Positions 19,867-28,476 of a stretch of 64,000 nucleotides of DNA are shown piece after piece. Positions within the stretch are counted from its first letter, which is position 1, and each line of letters begins with the position of its first letter. Location: positions 17,727 through 81,726 of the forward strand of contig CAYMIA010000003.1 in NCBI GenBank assembly GCA_964390595.1. Reading direction: 5' to 3'. The position numbers and the translations under genes are program-made. The notes beneath the pieces were generated by a model. The model was not told where the DNA came from. It worked only from the letters and a program-made list of their open reading frames with translations, and ran no database searches. This DNA comes from an uncultured Gammaproteobacteria bacterium. Its GTDB lineage: Bacteria > Patescibacteriota > Microgenomatia > Daviesbacterales > UBA10151.

Positions 19867-22695
19867 ATGACAATAATAAAGAACATGCGAATAATCAAAC
19901 AATCCGGATTTTTCTTGGCAACTCTTTTGCTACTCTTTGTTCTAACTCCAGCAGTATCAGCTCAGACCAGCGCTCCTGGGGCTACTTTAAATATTAATGG
20001 ATCTACTGCTAGAGAAATGGATGCTGCTCTAAATCAACCCATTCCAGCAGGCACATTTAAAGCCAGTATGAACGATGCTGATGGTATCCAACAATTTGGA
20101 ATTGTGGCAGTCAAAAAAGGGACTGATGGCAACCCCAATCACACCTATAGCTACCTTTGTAACCCAACTGGATCAACCGCTTACCCTAATGCCACTGTGG
20201 ATTTTTATTTTAACTCAACCACCCATCCTAACTCCAATGATCTAGCCACAAACTCCTTTGTCAGAAACCCAACCGATCCTAACTGGGTGACCTACACTAC
20301 CGCCAACCACGATGGCCGGTATTGCTTCTTGCAGGGCGGAGATAATTATTTTAATGGCGATCTATATAATACTGAGGTGTTTACACTTGGAAACAAAATT
20401 TGGGTCTATAGTACAGCCCATAAAGGAACGGATGGAATTGGTCAAAGAAAAGTGCTGCTCTCTGCAACAGGTGTTCCAGTCTACCAAGAATTTCAAACAG
20501 CTTGTGATGCATCAGAGATGAATGCCAGCAACTGTCATCTAGACACTCTCGCCCATTTTAGAGGTTTCGATACTGATGATCCGAGTAGTGACAACTTTAA
20601 CACTGAAGCAATCTCAATTGGTAATAAACTTTGGGTTTATAGCAAAGCTTTTCGGGGCACTGAAGGTCCGGGGCAAAGAAAAGTCCTAACTCCCAATGGT
20701 GTTAGCATTTTCTCTGAATTTCAAAAAGCCTGCGAAGATGCTGGGATGACCGAAAGTAATTGTCATTTAGATACCCTAGCTCATTTTAAGGGATTTGATA
20801 ATGACACCGACAACTTCGAAGTGCTCTCAATTGGGACTAAGGTCTGGGTTTATGGTAAAGCCGGGACTGGCAATGAAGGGCCAGCTCATCGTTCAGTCGC
20901 TAGCACCACAGTTTTTGATGAATTTCCAACTGCTTGTGCTCAGGCTGTGCCAGCACTTGACCGGGATCATTGTGTACTGACCTCACTTTCCCACTATAAG
21001 GGTTTTGATACTGAAGATACCAGTTCTAATATTTATAACTCTGAAGTGGTTACTATCGGGAATAAAGTTTGGGTTTATGGTAAAACTAATTCAGGCAATG
21101 ACGGGGTTGGTAAACGTTCAGTAATCAGCCCTCCAGGAGATCAAAACAATAGCACTGAATTTCCTAAAGCTTGTACCACTTCAGGGTTAACCATTGATAC
21201 CTGTAAAGTCCGCTCCCTTTCCCAATACAAACAATTTGATGTCGAAACTGCCACAGCCCCCACCACCAAAGAAGCCAATTCTCTAGCCTGGACACCAACT
21301 GAGATTGGAGATTACTATGTTTTGGTTGATGCGATCGACACCAGTAATAATAAGTGTACAGGTAAAGCCAGTGAAATTGGTTATACCTTGCCAAGTAATG
21401 AAACTAGATGTGACGCTACTGACCACAAAGACTATGTAATTGTTCATGTTAAAAACCAGGAAACGACTGATTTTAGATGGGGTTATATCGGCCAACCTGT
21501 GGCCAATGACCACATTAAGACTTGTAATGATCTGGCTACTTTAAATGTTAGCTTCCAGCCTTATACTAGTTTCCCTGTCTCCCAAACTCAGAACTTTCCT
21601 AACCTCACTCCAGGTGACCGGGTCACAGTTTGTGCTCAGTATAAAGATAATACAGGCAAGCTGTCTGAAATCTTTACCAACTATATTATTTATATCGGAG
21701 AAGGCCCATTAATTAACAATCTGTCTTGTGATTTAGATACCAGCACCTCTAAGCTAACCTTTGTATTTAATGGCAACAACTTTGGGCGGACCCAGCAAGG
21801 TCCAGTTACAATAGGTGGACAGGATGCTAATATAACTGCTTGGAGTGATACTCAAATCACTGCCACTATTTCTAGCAACGCACCTAAGGGCGCTGATGGC
21901 TATGTAGCAGCTGTTAAAATTGGTGACCAAACCTACACCAGAACTTGCCAGTTAGGCACTTTAAAGGTCAACCTTGGACCTAGGTTTATGTGCCGTTTCG
22001 TTAACAGCAACGATCTCCCCGGTACTGAGGTCAAAATTGTTGAGTCAGGTGTTGGTGGCAAGCAAATTCTCGCCACGAGTTCAGCTGTAATTGCCGCTAA
22101 AAGGACCGACCGGGATGGCGGAGTGATTAACTTAAATACCACCATTAGTGACTCTAAACTGTACAAAATTAGTGTCAAACCTCAAAAGGGACTGCGAAGA
22201 AACGCTTATCTCTCCGGAGTAAATATCTCAGATACTTCAGGTGGTAATGTCAGCTTGATTCCCATTAAAGCTAAAAATCAGGGTAATTGCACTGATAATT
22301 TTGATGGTTACAACTATATCATTCCATTCGGTGACGTCTATACCCCTAACCCACCAGAAAGATTTGATAAAATCGATACCTTTGACTACTCCACCCTAAA
22401 AAGACAATGGGGCATTAGTAGCGGTCCTCAGAACGCTGACTTTAACGGTGACAAAAAGGTCAATTCTTTTGACTATGCTTGCCAAAGATTTGATATCGGG
22501 GCTTGTGATGACGATCCAGTTGCTCCTGATATTAGCACAACCAATATTGCTTGTACTAAAGATGCCCAGTGTCCAACCGGTCAAACTTGTGATGCTAATA
22601 CTGTAAACTCCAGCGTTTCAACAGTCGGTAAATGCGTAGCAGCAGAGCCAACCAGCAGTGCAACTAATTCCCCTACCCCAACAGCTACTCCCTAA
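19867..22695 (+). CDS. Secreted protein with four ~75-aa repeats, IPT/TIG-like domain and dockerin-like domain
   Basis: Sec signal ending AVSA; 4x E.(I/L)G.K.WVY...C...C repeat; GNNFG...ITAWSDTQI; DKIDTFDY...ADFNGDKKVNSFDY. The start may be 19885. Confidence 0.8.
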   Translation: MTIIKNMRIIKQSGFFLATLLLLFVLTPAVSAQTSAPGATLNINGSTAREMDAALNQPIPAGTFKASMNDADGIQQFGIVAVKKGTDGNPNHTYSYLCNPTGSTAYPNATVDFYFNSTTHPNSNDLATNSFVRNPTDPNWVTYTTANHDGRYCFLQGGDNYFNGDLYNTEVFTLGNKIWVYSTAHKGTDGIGQRKVLLSATGVPVYQEFQTACDASEMNASNCHLDTLAHFRGFDTDDPSSDNFNTEAISIGNKLWVYSKAFRGTEGPGQRKVLTPNGVSIFSEFQKACEDAGMTESNCHLDTLAHFKGFDNDTDNFEVLSIGTKVWVYGKAGTGNEGPAHRSVASTTVFDEFPTACAQAVPALDRDHCVLTSLSHYKGFDTEDTSSNIYNSEVVTIGNKVWVYGKTNSGNDGVGKRSVISPPGDQNNSTEFPKACTTSGLTIDTCKVRSLSQYKQFDVETATAPTTKEANSLAWTPTEIGDYYVLVDAIDTSNNKCTGKASEIGYTLPSNETRCDATDHKDYVIVHVKNQETTDFRWGYIGQPVANDHIKTCNDLATLNVSFQPYTSFPVSQTQNFPNLTPGDRVTVCAQYKDNTGKLSEIFTNYIIYIGEGPLINNLSCDLDTSTSKLTFVFNGNNFGRTQQGPVTIGGQDANITAWSDTQITATISSNAPKGADGYVAAVKIGDQTYTRTCQLGTLKVNLGPRFMCRFVNSNDLPGTEVKIVESGVGGKQILATSSAVIAAKRTDRDGGVINLNTTISDSKLYKISVKPQKGLRRNAYLSGVNISDTSGGNVSLIPIKAKNQGNCTDNFDGYNYIIPFGDVYTPNPPERFDKIDTFDYSTLKRQWGISSGPQNADFNGDKKVNSFDYACQRFDIGACDDDPVAPDISTTNIACTKDAQCPTGQTCDANTVNSSVSTVGKCVAAEPTSSATNSPTPTATP

Positions 22696-22721
22696 TCTGC
22701 TTGTGATGTTATACTGAATTT

Positions 22722-25673
22722 ATGGGTGAATTGGCCGCTCTTCTTAAAAATAAAAAGAATCTGACCAGTCTGTTAATTTTACTCATTTTAATCTTAGCGG
22801 TTCCTTTTGGAGTCCGTTTAGCGCAAACTCAAAAAGTTTTCAAGAGCCAAGCTGAAAATGGCCCAATTGTTTTGTCTGGCGAAAATATCATTACTGATAC
22901 TCAAGGTGCCCAGGTTCTTATAAATAAGCCGCAAGTCGAAGTGACCATCACTTCCCCACTTGGCCCTCCAGCACCGCCTAACTTTACTCCCAGTAGCGCT
23001 AGCGCTTCGGCTTCAATCCCCACAAAAGTGCTTGGACTTTTTTCTAATGAAAGCAGTGTTTGTGGTGAAAGAATCCCTTATAGTTGTAAAGATAGAAATG
23101 GGGTGACCGGCCTTTATTGGTGCGAGGATATTAGCAAGGCCAATTCCGCATGCCTTAGTCCAGGTTGCTATTCACAAAGAGTTGGCGGAAATCTGAACGT
23201 TTGCAACACATCGGCCTCGATCTTTTCCAGCGTTCCAGAGCAGCTCATTCCCAAAAAGACCTCCCAAGTCTCTTTAGTCAAAACAGCTTATGCAGCTGCT
23301 TGCTATCAATGTAAGTGCTATCACATCAAAGCCATTAATGATGGTGAAAATTCCTATGCAGTCACCGATCCCTCGCAATGTACTGATAATTTCTGCCAAG
23401 TTGTTAAACAATGGGGACAAGAGCAAGGTGGTGCTGGAGCCGCCTCAATTTCCCCTAACTGTGCTAACACTTGTACTGATCAGTGCGTCAGGACTGGTGG
23501 GACGTCGGGTGGCACTTCTGGAGGTGGGTCAGGTGGTTCCTGTAATTTGGCCACTAACTATCAAACACCAACTAGATCGGCAGCTTGTGTGGCTTGCTTA
23601 AGCAACAAGCGTCCAGATGTGGTGCCATTTTTTAACGCTAACAACCATACAACTTGCACTTCCACTCAGGACTTCAATCATTGGTGTAATGGTGGCGTCT
23701 CACCTGTTGCTACCTGCCAGTGTGCTAATGTCACCAATCAATATTGCCAAACTGAGTGTGGTGGACAGGTTACCTTGCCAACTAGTTGCGCTGCTGGTGA
23801 TGTTGGTCCAGTAGTTAACACTGCTACTCCTACCCCTGGTACAGGAGGAGCTTGTCAGTTGCAACGCCAATCCCCTTCTCTTTCCTTAAGTTGCGCAACT
23901 TGCATCGTTGACTCCAAGGATGGGTTAAAAGAAAATTATCAAACTTTAACTGGTACCCAGACCTGCTCAGATGTGCAAATTGCCAATCATTACTGCAATG
24001 GCGGGCTTCCTGGCGGTACAGCGGAGTGCCAGCAAATTAAAGCTAATACTTGCAGCTTAGAGTGTTCACCAGACACAAGTAATAATCCAAGTAGTCCGAG
24101 TGGTTCTAGTGGCGCACCTTCATCAGATACCCCAACCGCCTCGATCAATGGCTCTTTCTCTGACCCCAAAACTAATCAATCTCTTACCTTCCAAGTTGAA
24201 GCTCAAATTAGCTCTGATGTGGCCAGTTTAACTAAGGGTGAAGTTTTAGTCATCAAACGGGACCAAACTGATCCTTTAACCTGGGGTTGTTCTAGCGAGT
24301 CTAAAATAGATAGCAAGACCTGCAAAATCAAAACCTCCCTACTTGCCGGAAATGATGACTCCTTTACAGCGACTTGGACGCCACTAAAATCTGGTATTTA
24401 CTATGTTTATGCCGATGCCTTTGCCTCAAATGAAACTAAATGTAGCGGAACCCCCAACCTTCCCCTACCCGCTGGGGTTACCTCATGTGGTGATAGTGCT
24501 AGAACCACAGTCGAGATTAAAGATACGATTTATACTTTAAGCTATAAAGTCGCTGAAGACTATGAATCCCTTAAAACTGCCGAACCAAAGCCCTACACCA
24601 CTGAGCCAACTAAGTTTACCTATAACTTTAAAAATGACGCTCTTGGCACTAAAACAATTATTATCGAATTCTCCTCCTCTGATGGCAAAACTAAAACTGA
24701 GATTGAAAGCATTAAATACATCGGTCCAGATCCGCAGATAAGTAATTTGAAATGCGACTTAGATATTACCAGCGGTTCGGTTAAAGCCACCTTTAAAGGC
24801 AAAAACTTTGGTACTACCCAAGGCACAATTTCTACAAGTTCATCTGATCAGTCAACTGGACTTGGGAGTCCCGTCTGGACAAATGATAGTGTCCAAGTTA
24901 CCCTCCCCAATGCCATTTCAGTCAATAACTCCAGCGAATCAAATGGGTCCAGCGCCCAGAAAGCCGACTATACTTTAACGCTGACCCGCGCCGATGGTAG
25001 GAAGGATACGGAGCATTGCAGCGTTGGAGTGTCAGAATTATCCCTTGGCACTAATTTCTTCTGTAAAGCCAAAAATAACACCGACATTGATAACGCTGAC
25101 TTAGGCATTATTGAAGATAGCCCAGGTTCCAAAGTTATTCAAGAAAAAACTCAAATTAAAAAGGGTGGCACTGTCGAAATAAAGACCCTCCTCCAAGAAG
25201 GTAAAAAATATATTATCGGGCTAAAAGCTCCTTTAACACTCCGCAAAGACTCAAACATCTCCGGACTCGTTGGCACAACAGTACTTAATGATTTTGTACT
25301 ACCTCTAGGCAATCTTATCACCCCGCAGGGTCAGGAACTCTCAGATAAGATTGATACATTTGATTATGCTGAACTAAAAAACCAGTGGTCTGGCACTGCA
25401 TCTCCATCTGCTCAAACTAGATCAGCGGATCTAAATCTAGACAACAAGGTCAACTCATTTGACTATGCTTGTTTCAGATATGATTTTGGAAAAACTGATG
25501 ACCCAAATCCCGCCTCCCTTGCCATTCAAAGCAGTGCGGCTGGAAATTGCACTCATGCTAGTTGCGATGTGGTCCCTAGTGGTTGTGAAGTCACCGGACG
25601 GGTTTTGGACAGCTGCGATGTTAACAGACCTGCCACTTGTGGACAACTGGTTTGTCAGAACTTGAGTCCCTAA
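22722..25673 (+). CDS. Membrane-anchored Cys-rich protein, paralog of 19867 in its C-terminal half (IPT-like and dockerin-like)
   Basis: TM plus QKVFKSQA; two 8-Cys modules; GKNFG...WTNDSV; DKIDTFDY...ADLNLDNKVNSFDY. Confidence 0.8.
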   Translation: MGELAALLKNKKNLTSLLILLILILAVPFGVRLAQTQKVFKSQAENGPIVLSGENIITDTQGAQVLINKPQVEVTITSPLGPPAPPNFTPSSASASASIPTKVLGLFSNESSVCGERIPYSCKDRNGVTGLYWCEDISKANSACLSPGCYSQRVGGNLNVCNTSASIFSSVPEQLIPKKTSQVSLVKTAYAAACYQCKCYHIKAINDGENSYAVTDPSQCTDNFCQVVKQWGQEQGGAGAASISPNCANTCTDQCVRTGGTSGGTSGGGSGGSCNLATNYQTPTRSAACVACLSNKRPDVVPFFNANNHTTCTSTQDFNHWCNGGVSPVATCQCANVTNQYCQTECGGQVTLPTSCAAGDVGPVVNTATPTPGTGGACQLQRQSPSLSLSCATCIVDSKDGLKENYQTLTGTQTCSDVQIANHYCNGGLPGGTAECQQIKANTCSLECSPDTSNNPSSPSGSSGAPSSDTPTASINGSFSDPKTNQSLTFQVEAQISSDVASLTKGEVLVIKRDQTDPLTWGCSSESKIDSKTCKIKTSLLAGNDDSFTATWTPLKSGIYYVYADAFASNETKCSGTPNLPLPAGVTSCGDSARTTVEIKDTIYTLSYKVAEDYESLKTAEPKPYTTEPTKFTYNFKNDALGTKTIIIEFSSSDGKTKTEIESIKYIGPDPQISNLKCDLDITSGSVKATFKGKNFGTTQGTISTSSSDQSTGLGSPVWTNDSVQVTLPNAISVNNSSESNGSSAQKADYTLTLTRADGRKDTEHCSVGVSELSLGTNFFCKAKNNTDIDNADLGIIEDSPGSKVIQEKTQIKKGGTVEIKTLLQEGKKYIIGLKAPLTLRKDSNISGLVGTTVLNDFVLPLGNLITPQGQELSDKIDTFDYAELKNQWSGTASPSAQTRSADLNLDNKVNSFDYACFRYDFGKTDDPNPASLAIQSSAAGNCTHASCDVVPSGCEVTGRVLDSCDVNRPATCGQLVCQNLSP

Positions 25674-25734
25674 AACAGGAGGACCTCTTGCAAACTTAGG
25701 TCGAAATATCTTAAGCTTAAAGTAAGTAGAAAAA

Positions 25735-26388
25735 ATGGATACCAACCCAAGCTCGCCCACTAGCCCAATAATTATTCAGACCAATCAATCAGCGCCTAGT
25801 TCCAGCCCAAATCAAAAAGGCTATGGCAAATGGGTTATCAGAGTAATATTACTAGTTCTGGTAGTTGTCATTGGTTTGGAGATCTTTAATGCAGCCAAAT
25901 TGTTAAATAAATCTAAATCAGCAACCCCTGTCTTTGCTAGACTTCAACCCCTATCTGGCGGTCACCTTACTCTTCTGGCAGATAAAAAAGAGTATCAAGT
26001 TGGTGAAACCATCACTGTTTCAGTCCGCATGTTTACTGGCGGACACCCGACCGATGGAACTGATCTAGTTTTAAAATATGATCCTAAATTATTGGAAATC
26101 ACAAGCGCCTTTTTTGCCAAAGGTAACACCTATAACGATTACCCATTTTCTAGCTTTGACCCAACTAAAGGTGAGATCCAGATATCAGGTATCACTTCCC
26201 TTTCCCAAAATGGTTTTAATGGGGCTGGGGTTTTTGGTACACTAACTATGAAGGCCAAATCAGCTGGGATAGCCAATTTAACAATTGACTTTACTCCAGA
26301 CCGGACGACTGATTCAAATATGGTTGAATCAACCTCAGCTAAAGATATCTTAAGCCAGGTAGATAACTTAAGTCTAACTATAAAATAA
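25735..26388 (+). CDS. Single-TM protein with cohesin-like domain
   Basis: GETITVSV...TDGTDLVLKYDPKLLE...GVFGTLTMKAK..G.ANLTIDF...TTDSN. Confidence 0.75.
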   Translation: MDTNPSSPTSPIIIQTNQSAPSSSPNQKGYGKWVIRVILLVLVVVIGLEIFNAAKLLNKSKSATPVFARLQPLSGGHLTLLADKKEYQVGETITVSVRMFTGGHPTDGTDLVLKYDPKLLEITSAFFAKGNTYNDYPFSSFDPTKGEIQISGITSLSQNGFNGAGVFGTLTMKAKSAGIANLTIDFTPDRTTDSNMVESTSAKDILSQVDNLSLTIK

Positions 26389-27119
26389 TGAAAAAAATAA
26401 TAAGCGCTTTAGTATTGGCAGTTGCAGTTTTGGCTAGCCCTGCTAGCGTATTCGCCTCAACCTTATCATTTAGTCCATCCTCTGCCACTATTAACCGGGG
26501 CTGCAGCCTCCAAGTCAATATTTTAGTTGATACCAGAGATAATCCTGGGAGCAGTTCAGATCCAGGGCGTGAAACTGACGGTACAGACGCCATCTTCTCA
26601 TATGATACTACCAGATTCTCTCTCGATAACTCCTCTATAACTAATGGGACAATTTATGCTGATTACCCAGGAAATACAGTTGATCAGCAAGCTGGCAAAG
26701 TTAGTATCTCTGGACTTGCTCCAGTCTCTCAAGGATTCAAGGGCTCTGGCATTTTTGCCACAATTACTTTAAAAGCTTTAGATAATGCCCCAGCAGGCAC
26801 CACCAACCTAACATTTGATTTTGACCCCAATCAAAAAGATAAAACCACTGATTCAAATGTGGTTGAAAGAGGTACAGTTGTTGACACCCTAAACTCAGTT
26901 ACCAATGGAACATACACCATTGGAACAGGAGCCTGTAATCAAACGGGCTTAGGTGTCGGCCTACCATTACCCCAGGGTGGCGTTGGTACAAACCCTACAG
27001 CTACTCCTTCAGCTCAAAAAATGTTGCCTAACTCTGGTGTGCTTAGCCCAACCATCATTATGGCTGGAGTAGGTGGCATTCTAGTTATTTTAGGAATTCT
27101 TGGACTGGCTCTTCTATAG
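26388..27119 (+). CDS. Secreted cohesin-like protein with LPNSG + TM C-terminal sorting signal
   Basis: Sec signal (VFA), TLSFSPSS, TDGTDAIFSYD, FATITLKA, TTDSN; LPNSG at 27024-27038 followed by a hydrophobic tail. Confidence 0.78.
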   Translation: MKKIISALVLAVAVLASPASVFASTLSFSPSSATINRGCSLQVNILVDTRDNPGSSSDPGRETDGTDAIFSYDTTRFSLDNSSITNGTIYADYPGNTVDQQAGKVSISGLAPVSQGFKGSGIFATITLKALDNAPAGTTNLTFDFDPNQKDKTTDSNVVERGTVVDTLNSVTNGTYTIGTGACNQTGLGVGLPLPQGGVGTNPTATPSAQKMLPNSGVLSPTIIMAGVGGILVILGILGLALL

Positions 27120-27128
27120 TAAAGTCTT

Positions 27129-28076
27129 ATGACTCTCTCTGAATTAGTGACTGACTTTCTTGAATATTTAGAGTTAGAAAAAAATGCCTCACAGCGCACT
27201 ATCAAAAACTATGATCATTATCTGCGCCGTTTCGTCGATTTTGCCGGCGATATTGAAGCCGGAAAAATTGATTTAGGATTAATCAGAAAATACCGGTTAT
27301 ATCTGTCCAGATACACTGATCCCAAGACCGAGCAGCATTTAAAAAGAGTGACACAAAACTATTTCATGATCGCTCTCCGGGCTTTTCTGCGCTACCTGGC
27401 TCGCCTAGATATTCCCACTTTATCAGCTGAAAAAGTTGAGTTAGGTGAACAAGATCCCTCTCCACTTAAAGTTTTAGAGGAAGATCACTTGGATAGATTA
27501 CTCGCTGCTCCTGATACTTCAGACCAGGCGGGCTTGCGTGATAAAGCAATTTTAGAAATGCTTTTTTCGACAGGACTGCGGGTCTCTGAACTCTCATCTT
27601 TAAATTGTGATCAGATCAACCTAAAAAGACAGGAGTTTGGAATCGTCGGCAAAGGTGGCAAGGAAAGAGTAGTTTTTATCTCTGATGATGCCACTAACTG
27701 GCTGGAGCAATATCTCAAGACTCGAAATGACGCCTTTAAGCCACTCTTCATCCGTTATCAAGGCAAAGTCAGTCAGGAAGATGATGGTGAGGCCATGAGA
27801 CTGACCACCCGTTCAATCGAACGTATCGTTGAGAAGTATGTCAAGGAAATCGGATTGCCAATTAAAGCCACTCCTCACACTTTGCGTCACAGTTTTGCAA
27901 CGGACTTACTTATTAATGGTGCAGACATCAGGTCAGTTCAAGAGATGCTTGGTCATTCAAATATCTCAACTACTCAAATTTATACCCATGTTACCAACCG
28001 CCAATTAAAAGAGGTCCACAAATCTTTCCATGGCAAACGCCGCGGAGAAGAAATTGAAAGCAAGGAGACTACCTAA
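27129..28076 (+). CDS. XerC/XerD-like tyrosine recombinase
   Basis: N-terminal SAM-like domain; catalytic R (TGLRVSE), K (GKGGK), HxxR (HTLRHSFAT), LGH, Y (TQIYTH). Confidence 0.93.
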   Translation: MTLSELVTDFLEYLELEKNASQRTIKNYDHYLRRFVDFAGDIEAGKIDLGLIRKYRLYLSRYTDPKTEQHLKRVTQNYFMIALRAFLRYLARLDIPTLSAEKVELGEQDPSPLKVLEEDHLDRLLAAPDTSDQAGLRDKAILEMLFSTGLRVSELSSLNCDQINLKRQEFGIVGKGGKERVVFISDDATNWLEQYLKTRNDAFKPLFIRYQGKVSQEDDGEAMRLTTRSIERIVEKYVKEIGLPIKATPHTLRHSFATDLLINGADIRSVQEMLGHSNISTTQIYTHVTNRQLKEVHKSFHGKRRGEEIESKETT

Positions 28077-28431
28077 CCTTTTTACCTGGTCTAATATCAG
28101 CAATTAACATCGACATCGCAGTTGAAATTAAAGAAAAAACAATCGCCGCTAAGATCGCTGGAAGCCAACCATCAATAGTTAAACCCCTGACAAAAAATGA
28201 AACTATAAATAAGATTATGGCGTTAATCACAAAAGTAAAAAGCCCTAAAGTCAGCAGATTAATAGGAGCTGTCAAAAGAAGCAAGATCGGTTTGACCAAA
28301 AAGTTAACCAACCCCAAAACAATAGTTGCGAAGACCGCTGTTTTAAAATCAGCAACATGAAAGCCTGGAACTAAATAGGCTGTAATAATTAAAGCCAGCG
28401 CGTTGAGCAGTAAACTGACGAGTAGCCTCAT
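28069..28431 (-). CDS. YvlD-like 4-TM membrane protein (holin superfamily IV)
   Basis: VKPILLLLTAPINLLTLGLFTFVINA signature. Confidence 0.88.
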   Translation of the reverse strand: MRLLVSLLLNALALIITAYLVPGFHVADFKTAVFATIVLGLVNFLVKPILLLLTAPINLLTLGLFTFVINAIILFIVSFFVRGLTIDGWLPAILAAIVFSLISTAMSMLIADIRPGKKVR

Positions 28432-28476
28432 ACCTAATTTTCGCTTTTTGACTAAGTTTTGTCAACATTATCTCAC

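Noticed and set aside
20365-21240. DGR template/variable repeat or CRISPR-like DNA repeats
   Set aside because: The repeats are divergent in-frame protein repeats, mismatches are not adenine-specific, and no reverse transcriptase is present.
27129-28431. Prophage or integrative element (integrase plus holin)
   Set aside because: The recombinase looks like a housekeeping Xer, YvlD-like proteins are common chromosomal genes, and no phage genes or att duplications were seen.
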